In this document: piece by piece, positions 63,231 to 64,000 of the stretch | Numbering within the stretch: the stretch's first letter is position 1 | Layout of the letters: the number at the start of each line of letters is the position of its first letter | Assembly: GCA_973895155.1 (NCBI GenBank) | Contig: OZ316891.1 | Location: 22,649,884-22,713,883 of the forward strand | Direction: 5' to 3' | DNA from: Marsupella aquatica | Lineage: Eukaryota; Plantae; Marchantiophyta | DNA length: 64,000 nucleotides | Notes under the pieces: model-generated | The model's input: only the letters and a program-made list of their open reading frames with translations | Told to the model about the DNA's origin: nothing | The model's database searches: none | Made by a program: the position numbers and the translations under genes

Positions 63231-64000
63231 TTCACTAGAAGAATCCGAGGTGAACTGAGACCGCAATATATGACTCATTTTGGCTCATGTGACTTCATTG
63301 TGACTCAACGTGACTTGACCCACGCTGTGACCCTTGGAGTTGCAAAAGTTGAGACCAAAAAATGGAAGTCACTATTGATACTGGGCTTTGCAACTTGCTT
63401 GATACCCATTTGTGACTGATCTGTGACTTTATTGTGGAGTCTAGCCTTGTTTCGACGTGACTGCAATATGACTTCAGCGAGTCACATCGTAAGTCACATA
63501 CATGACTTACCCGCATTCAACAACGACTAGCGTGTGACTATTTAGTGTCACAGGAGAGACCAATGGAGACCCTGGCCCGCGTCACACAACAGAACCATTT
63601 GGGACTCTATATACTCATGTTTATAACTAATAAGGTTCACATGCAAGTTATAACCATGACTAATGAACACAGAGGGACAGTTCATAAGAAGAGAGAGCAC
63701 TCGACATTACAATACATAGAAACCTGATGTTCTAACTTTAGAAATATAACACATTGAATACAAGAAATGAACATAGCATGAATGACATCCACATGAAACA
63801 AAGCATCATATAAGCAGATCCTACATAAAACATTCATAAGAATTAAACACAATCACAATCTTGCTAAAAAATGAAGATCATTTGAATTCCAATGGAATAG
63901 TTTACAATGTGATCAATGTAATTTAGACAAAACAGGAACTCATAATTGATGACTGTAGGATGAGATAACTGAAAGCACATGCATGATACTATGAATCTCC

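Overview
Eukaryotic nuclear DNA from a land plant. The intron-rich housekeeping genes, copia remnant and gene content suggest a bryophyte-grade plant, probably a liverwort (inference, not verifiable here). Intact or near-intact genes: NUP205 (5' part, minus), exosome subunit RRP41L/MTR3, an intronless arginyl-tRNA synthetase with an organellar presequence, a PPR-SMR protein, an intronless 504-aa P-loop G-domain protein that looks fungal in type, a two-exon LEA-like repeat protein, DNA 3'-phosphatase ZDP and an intronless START-type phosphatidylinositol transfer protein. Decayed genes: a TIC32-like SDR pseudogene and an orphan TRAPPC2 exon. Mobile and repeat DNA: a degenerate, intron-containing Crypton-like tyrosine-recombinase element (about 9.7-12.5 kb), a deleted Ty1/copia element, two tRNA-derived SINE-like copies, MITE/foldback elements and several tandem arrays. 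The Crypton-like element and the fungal-type GTPase are the most unusual signals. All family assignments come from motif recognition by eye; no database searches were run.
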